This document shows positions 20,676 through 27,366 of a stretch of 27,366 nucleotides of DNA, one piece after another (position 1 is the first letter of the stretch; each line of letters starts with the position of its first letter). The position numbers and the translations under genes are program-made. The notes beneath the pieces were generated by a model. It saw only the letters and a list, made by a program, of their open reading frames with translations. It ran no database searches and was not told where the DNA came from. This DNA comes from Catajapyx aquilonaris (lineage: Eukaryota): NCBI GenBank assembly GCA_000934665.2, contig KZ538266.1, positions 62,001 through 89,366 on the forward strand. Reading direction: 5' to 3'.

Positions 20676-23600
20676 ATGACGGAACACACAAGGATCGGAT
20701 TTCTTCTTCTCATCTGCCTAGCTGGTGAGACTTCATCAACATAATTATTCTCATTTCTTTAATGCGGGTGGTACAAAAGAATGTCTCAAAAATATTTAAC
20801 ATCAAATCAATGAAATTGAGATATTTTAAATCGAATATTATTATCGCATTAAAATTTAAGCACCAATTTCTGAAAATTTGAAGCATTATTAGCTGGTAAC
20901 TTGTCCAGCATGTCCTGTTCATTGCTATCGAGTAGACAACTTTTATGCAATGAATGTTTCATTGTGCGTACTGTACAGAACCCAGCAGAGTTCTCGTACT
21001 TTTAAACGAAAGACAAACTAATATTTAGACGGTACCATTACAAATGAAGAAAAGGACACTTAATGTACTACATATCAAAAAGGCCATGGCAACAAATGTC
21101 TGAGATTCAGTGACACTCCAATAATAATATTTACATTTTTCTTAGCAACTTGTACAGCATCATTAAAATCACATGCAATTTCAGGAGCGTGGTCAACAAA
21201 CCTGACGACAGACTGCGATCCCAAGGTGCTCCAATTAAAGATAGAAGCTAAAGTAAATGAAGCGTTTCCCGTTGGGTCTGGCCTTCCTTTATCAGCATCG
21301 GCCCTTACTCAAGTCTGCAGGTGAGCATTGAGAGCGACACTATTATTGTCACCAACTAGGATTAGAATATTGAAAAACACTTTCGTGCATTACAAGTCTA
21401 ACTCGCTTATTTCATACCCATTTCACAGGAAAGTGAATGCCCTCCTGGACGACGTTCTGCAGGTGATAAAGTCATGCGTGCCTCCAGTTATTTCGCAATC
21501 CATCATACCGAAGTCTGTTGGAGGAATCAGGAAACTGCTGGAAACACTAGAAAAGCCAGGAGAACTCCAAGCTGGTAAGATCAAGTACTGTACATTGGTA
21601 TGAGACACACTTCACACTATACAAGCAATATATTACTAATGTTGTACAATTATCAGCACTTCAGTCTCTGCTTAATGATCTAAACATCTATATTAGTGCA
21701 TTCTTTGATAAACGTACTCCAAACAATACTACACTGTATCTCTAGATATGCTATGATAGTATGCATTTTATTCCCTCCTTCATTGCGCAGAATACCTGAA
21801 AGTGGCTCCATGCTTATCTAAGCATCTGGACGTCTTCTCTTCCTGTGCTGCTTCTTTCCACTCGGAAGTGCAAGAAGCCTTAGCCAACAACAACTTCCGG
21901 GGAGTATGCTGGTGAGTAGCCATCCACGTTACGATTATTGCAGATTTGTCCGAAAAAGACGATGCAGTGGTCAGAGAAATTCTGCTCATTCAGCTGATTT
22001 CTAGTAATCAAAAATGTTAGGTTGTTGTAAATGTTAGGTAAGTAATATCATGAGCATTACTTTTCTTACAGTCCAATTAGAAATCTACAGAGCTGCCTCG
22101 AAATGATGGGCGAAGATGCTTTTTGTGGTTACGATGGCAAAATATTCTGGGACATGGCTACACCCGTTGCTAGAAGCGAAATTCTGCAGGTATGTATAAA
22201 ATCTTTGGAACTATTATAGTAATATATTATACAATAATTATACCCTGATTGTTGTGCCAGTAAATGAAGCAAAACCTACATTTAATACAAAAAAATTTGA
22301 GGTTTAATTCGACACATTCGTCACGGCCTTAATCCCATTAAGGGGTGGCCAGTGATGATCAGACGCATGTATCTGGTCATCATTGGCCACCCCTTAATGG
22401 GATTAAGGCTAGACGAAAATGTATATGTATGTTGTGTTCCTTGTGATATTCCCGAGTTATTGGGATATAATCTTTATTGTTCTTCTTGTTTCGCTACCAG
22501 CTAGACCAAACGCGCATAGATTGTAGCTAACGCGTACTATAAAGATACGGAGAATATATTTTGCAAATAATACCGGTAACACCTACACATACTCGTTCAT
22601 GCAAAACACTATGAATGTGTTTGGAACCATTTTCCTCGTCTAGAAGTTCCTAAATTAATTCTCAAAAACATAGCTGTAAAACTTCGATATCCAAGTACTA
22701 CTGGACTACTGTTAGGCTGATGTAATTATGAAATATATTACATCTACGGAATATCTACCTTGAGCACCGTGCCAGACGAATTTGCTGAAATCGTTGTACT
22801 TCGCGATAAATAAATAAATAAATTTTTGCGTTTTCCGAAGTGCCAGAAGCCGCAGATAACAGTCAAGTGCGACGATTTCAGCACAGTTCTCTTGCATGTA
22901 TGGTTCTCAAAGTAGATATTCCGTATATTTCAATATATTTCATACTTAAATCAGCCTAACAGTTGGTCAGTATAGTACTTGAATATCGAGGTTTTACATT
23001 GATATTTTTGATAATTAATTGAGGAACTTCTAGACGAGGAAAATGATTCCAAACACATTCATATTTTATTTTCCAAGAACGTGTAGGTATAACTGTTTTT
23101 ATTCGTTAAATATCTTTTTGTCTTCAGAGTACGCGCAGGATAAAATCCAGACATTGCCTAAAGGTTGGCCGAAAGTAATCTATAATTCCAAGCCTTTACA
23201 GCCAATTTAAAAAATTAATTTAGGGTCGTCTACAGGAGTAGAATTCTTCCAAACACACTCATAGTGGTTTCCCTGAACGGGTAATTGTAGCTGATATTAT
23301 TTGCAAAAGATCTTGTCCTTATCTGCAGAGTTGTACGCCTCAGCGAAAATCTAGGCGTTTTTGGCCTAGCTGGTAGCGAAGGGGTTCATGATAACAATGA
23401 CAATGATAAGGTGTGACATTGGTTATTATTATATTCAACAACTGAATTATTTTCAGATTGCATGCCAAGATATGGACTGTATTTCCTGGCCAGATAAATA
23501 CATCATCAATGCCATAACCAAGGCATCCACTAACTCACTACCAACTGCGAAAACTGGCACAACGGGTAAATCTGCCTCCACGACAACTGCTTCAACAGGC

Positions 23601-24521
23601 ACAACAGGGACATCTCCCTCCACGACAGCAGCTTCAACAGGCACAACAGGGACATCTCCCTCCACGACAGCAGCTTCAACAGGGACAACAGGGACATCTG
23701 CATCTACGACAGCAGCTTCAACAGGCACAACAGGGACATCTGCATCTACGACAGCAGCTTCAACAGGCACAACAGGGACATCTNNNNNNNNNNNNNNNGC
23801 TTCAACAGGCACAACTGGGACACCTGCATCTACGACAGCAACTTCAACAGGCACAACAGGGACATCTGCATCTACGACAGCAACTTCAACAGGCACAACA
23901 GGGACATCTGCATCTACGACAGCACCTTCAACAGGCACAACAGGGACATCTACCTCCACGACAGCACCTTCAACAGGGACAACAGCGACATCTCCCACCA
24001 CTAAGCCAGGTTCGTCGTCGGCAGGCACAACGGTGACGTCTCCCTCAACGACACCAACTGGACATACAAGAACAACCAGACCGACTGGGTCAACTCGGCT
24101 AACTACGTCGACGCCAACCCGACCAACCAGGTCGACAAAAACAACTGGATCGAGGTCTACCGGATCTACCCTCACCTCTACTTCGAAGCGACCGACTTCA
24201 TCGACTACAACAACCCATGCATCATCTCAGACTACAACCAAACAACCAGCAACAACCACCCATCCAACAAGAACAGCCAGTACAAAAGTTACCGTAACTA
24301 CCACGAAGCCCAGCACCACTTCTGTAAAGACAGTCAGCCCTTCACAAAAGACCACCAGACCTTCTGTAAAGCCAACGAGACCAACAACACAACCCACAAA
24401 TCCAACGAAACCGACCACCACGCCCACTCCTGAGAACACAACAACAGGGGCTGCTGGTATTAGTGCCACCTTCGCTACTACTGTAATGTTTGCAGTGGCC
24501 GTTTTCCTCTTCAACCACTGA
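20676..24521 (+). CDS. Gene E: ~544 aa tandem paralogue of gene D (Cys-rich domain + long Thr-rich mucin stalk + GPI-like tail), 6 exons
   Basis: Exons 20676-20724 (MTEHTRIGFLLLICLA), 21185-21320, 21429-21574, 21791-21911, 22072-22189 and 23457-24521 (IACQDMDC...GAAGISATFATTVMFAVAVFLFNH*). Exon 1-5 lengths and intron phases equal gene D. Total length is uncertain because of the N gap at 23784-23798. Confidence 0.92.
22317..22417. repeat. Near-perfect ~100-bp palindrome in intron 5 of gene E
   Basis: The 84-bp core 22326-22409 (GCCTTAATCCCATTAAGGGGTGGCCAGTGATGATCAGACGCATGTATCTGGTCATCATTGGCCACCCCTTAATGGGATTAAGGC) has 4 mismatched pairs and is extended by TTCGTC/GACGAA. Confidence 0.9.
22490..23384. 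mobile_element. Non-autonomous foldback/MITE-type DNA element with long imperfect inverted arms (possibly piggyBac-like end)
   Basis: Termini TTCGCTACCAGCTAG (22490) and CTAGCTGGTAGCGAA (23380). Inner arm matches include TATGAATGTGTTTGGAAxCATTTTCCTCGTCTAGAAGTTCCT and its reverse complement at ~23023-23063. There is a short (TAAA)n-containing spacer at ~22802-22863. The right end GGGG-TTCA resembles GGG-TTAA. Confidence 0.75.
23556..23996 (+). repeat. Coding 42-bp tandem repeat (GTTGTSxSTTAxST, ~10.5 copies) of the gene E stalk
   Basis: Unit GGCACAACAGGGACATCTCCCTCCACGACAGCAGCTTCAACA. A 15-N assembly gap lies inside copy 6. Confidence 0.95.
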
Positions 24522-25518
24522 TTAGGCCGTCAGCAGCAAACTTGTGACACGACGGACGTTGATCGTGCACCATCGCTATCCAATGAGGTTGATGCGAGTG
24601 CAAATAGTTGTTCGACACCATATATAGCCGCCAACTCACTGAACAATGCAACGCTGTATCGGTAATGGTCTGAGCGTGACACTGCTGACTGCTAATATTC
24701 GCATCATATACTGTAGATTCGCATTATTTACACCGAACTTTATTATGCCTGTGCCTTGGGTGTGATCAAGATCCCGAGTGTTTATCTTACTAATGGAACA
24801 TTTCACTGGCTGTGGAATCGTTGGTCTAAAGCAAATGTAAAATACACGGAGGAGGAATGTCAAGAAACGAACCAGTAGCGAAACAAACGACGTCGAATGT
24901 TTCAGGTGCCCTCTACACAATTTTATACTTTACTTACATAACCTCTATGTCTTATTCATGCACAGTGTACTTATATCAGTTACACATTCACATCTTTACA
25001 ATTATTTCTTGAGTTGTGATAATTATTATTGTCTTATAATTTATTTTTAAACATTTTATACATTACATGCACCCACACGGTATTTATTCAGAGTGGTCAA
25101 AGAAACCACATTGTCGGAGTGCTGATGATTATGTTGGGCCATGATAATGTTATGCCCACAATAAATTTCCTTCCTTAAACTTCTGATGTTCTTTTACGGG
25201 TATTGGGTATCACCTTTTTTTGAGGCGAAACACGAATATATGTACGTATAAGATACATTTTTATACTGCACTATTTTACATTAATGTTCATATTGTTTGT
25301 AATTAGTGTTTTTACAGGAAATAAAAAACATGTTTAAATAGAAATGTAGGTCTGACAGTCTTCCTTTTTTTTCTCACCCTGCTTCGATGAAGCTGTTAGG
25401 CGTCACAGGGGCCCAACATAGGGTGCTGTGTATACTCGTACAGGGTAGTCTAATTATTTTTATTTTTATTGAGTAGTTACAGAGAAGAACAGGTGCAATA
25501 CAATACAAATTCACAATG

Positions 25519-25590
25519 CAGTGGTACCTCCGACTTCGAACGACCCTATAACTTCGGACGTTCCAGAGTTCGAACGCTAAATTCGACAGA
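25519..25590 (+). mobile_element. pogo/Tigger-type TIR end remnant
   Basis: CAGTGGTACCTCCGACTTCGAACG with repeated TTCGAAC-like subterminal motifs typical of pogo-family MITE ends. No matching opposite end was found. Confidence 0.45.
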
Positions 25591-26759
25591 AATTGGATTC
25601 GGCCTAACACAATTGCGGCATTGGCATGAGATGCAGTACGATCAGAGTCACATATATTAGTTGAAATTGAGTTAGTGACAGTATTGTGGTCGACGCGGAT
25701 TCTGATGCCCAAGTCAGTTTTCTTCTTGAGAAATCAAAGTGCAACACACGAACACTACAGATATCAGGTGCTATAGGGAAAAATCACAGCACATTATTGT
25801 TGACACTTATAGGGTTGAAAGCGAAACTATCAGTGTCCACAGATAACGAGTAAAAGATAGAGACGAATTTCGTGCAGGTGCAATATAGTAGTGACAAAAA
25901 TGTTAAATTATTTCCAGGCGGGTATGGGGTCATGTGATGCTGCTATATACTTTGAGTCAAAGTACGTATATAGCAGCATCACCTAATCTCAATGAGGAAT
26001 GAGCAAATACTGCATGCTGACTGCATGTGTCTTTTCTGTTAGATCGGTAAAATTCGTACCATTCAAGACATTTTTGGTGAACAGTTCAATAGTAACATTA
26101 AGATTAAATCATCACCATGATTGAAAACCAGTGAGAAACACAGTTAACATTGGAAAGGCGCAATTTTCAGAAAACCAGTTACTTGGGATGCACCCGAACA
26201 GTACGTGTACTGCCAATCCAACCTTTTCGAGGGGTCAATTCGACTTAGAATATCAACATAATGGAGAGACTGACAGTGAGACCAAGCATCCACACATAAT
26301 TATAGGAAAGGTGACACTTTGTACATGGTATAAAGACCCGGTAATCCTCCAGTGCAAACCCGGCTTCAAAATCAACCTTGCGAGCTCTCATGTACGAAGG
26401 CAAGAAGTTCCTGAAGTTAGTGTCCTCGCCCCTATGGCCTTATACTGTACAAACCCGCTTCGAAGCTGGCAAGTATTCCTCCCATGTACCTTGGCATGTC
26501 CACCATGTCACGTGCAAATGAATGTCCGGTGTAATAAGGAAAGATGGTCTCTGCTGGGGCCCAGTAAACTTTCGGATTCCCATATGGTCCAAGAAATGGA
26601 CGACTGTCCTGCGGTAATGGTATAGTCGGAAAGAACCCAACCAAAATCCGTTTGCATTGCTCTTTAAAAGCATTTGCGATCATTCGACACAACTTCAAAC
26701 CAATCATATAGTAATACATTTCGCGCAAGTATTTCAGTTTAGTTTGCTTGTAGTCCATC

Positions 26760-26843
26760 CAAACTTCTCTAACTCGAATCTTCTATAATTCGAAGTTTTT
26801 CCCCCGGTCCCACGGAGATTAAACTTATAGAAGTTTTACTGTA
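26760..26843 (-). mobile_element. pogo/Tigger-type MITE end
   Basis: Minus strand reads TA|CAGTAAAACTTCTATAAG...GGGACC...TTCGAATTATAGAAGATTCGAGTTAGAGAAG, the usual TA-flanked CAGTAAAAC terminus with repeated TTCGARTTA motifs. The partner end is not seen. Confidence 0.55.
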
Positions 26844-27269
26844 TAGACAGGTCTGATTAGATGAAGTGTTGCGCATTATTATCTTAATTGGACCTGGACT
26901 CCAACACTCGCTATAAGAGTTAGACGAAAATACTTAAATAATAATCATGAGGTCTAATCTCTAATGTGTTCCCGAAAAGCGCTTTTCCGGCTAGCAGGAG
27001 AATTCCCAAGTGGCCACTATAGTTCTGGAATCAAATCTGAAAGTGACCCCAGTACCCAGTAAGTGAATGTTGTGCAGTGACACGTCGTCGCACTAGGGTC
27101 GTCAGTGGAGCATCGTCTCCCATGACAAGTAGCCTTGTCCTCCTCCATATTCATCTTTATAATTAAATGATCCTGCTGTCTGTGATGCTCTTATTAGCAA
27201 CCACCTATCAGGTGAGGTCAAAAACAGCCCACAGACTATTTTCAGCTGCAGATATCACCAAATGTAGTG

Positions 27270-27366
27270 TACGAGGGGGAATCAAATGAAAACGATAAAA
27301 GTGTCCTGAAAAATCCAAAAATCGTCCTGGCCGCTTGAAACCTTACATACACACTGGTAGAACTAT
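27270..27366 (+). mobile_element. mariner-type TIR, element running off the window
   Basis: TA|CGAGGGGGAATCAAATGAAAAC resembles TA-flanked CGAGGG...TCAAA mariner termini. Confidence 0.5.

Noticed and set aside
23556..23996. CRISPR-like regular repeats
   Set aside because: Contiguous in-frame coding tandem repeats with no unique spacers, in a eukaryotic gene.
26131..26625. 164 aa plus-strand ORF
   Set aside because: GTG start, no recognisable motif, and the opposite strand looks more protein-like.
25519..26843. Single 1.3-kb pogo element bounded by the two TIR-like ends
   Set aside because: The ends (CAGTGGTACCTC vs CAGTAAAACTTC) do not match beyond CAGT, and no transposase is recognisable between them.

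Overview
Eukaryotic, intron-containing invertebrate-like genomic DNA. Introns are AT-rich, exons are more GC-rich, and several introns are only 53-71 nt. Most of the supplied ORFs are antisense or intron read-through artefacts. Manual GT-AG splicing gives six intact genes. Five encode signal-peptide, Cys-rich proteins with GPI-anchor-like C-termini, in three architectures: two short ~120-127 aa paralogues (genes A and B, minus), one 251 aa 12-Cys protein (gene C, minus), and two tandem paralogues carrying the same domain on a Thr/Ser-rich mucin stalk (genes D and E, plus). The sixth sits in the middle of the cluster and is a TXNDC12/ERp18 (AGR-family) thioredoxin with an atypical CRSC active site and no C-terminal ER-retention motif. 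Non-coding parts hold a tRNA-derived V/Meta-domain-type SINE, an ~0.9 kb foldback element, pogo/mariner-type TIR ends, RTE-like 3' tails and several palindromes. The family names (DUF19/DUF1397-like) and GPI anchoring are inferred from motifs, not from database searches.
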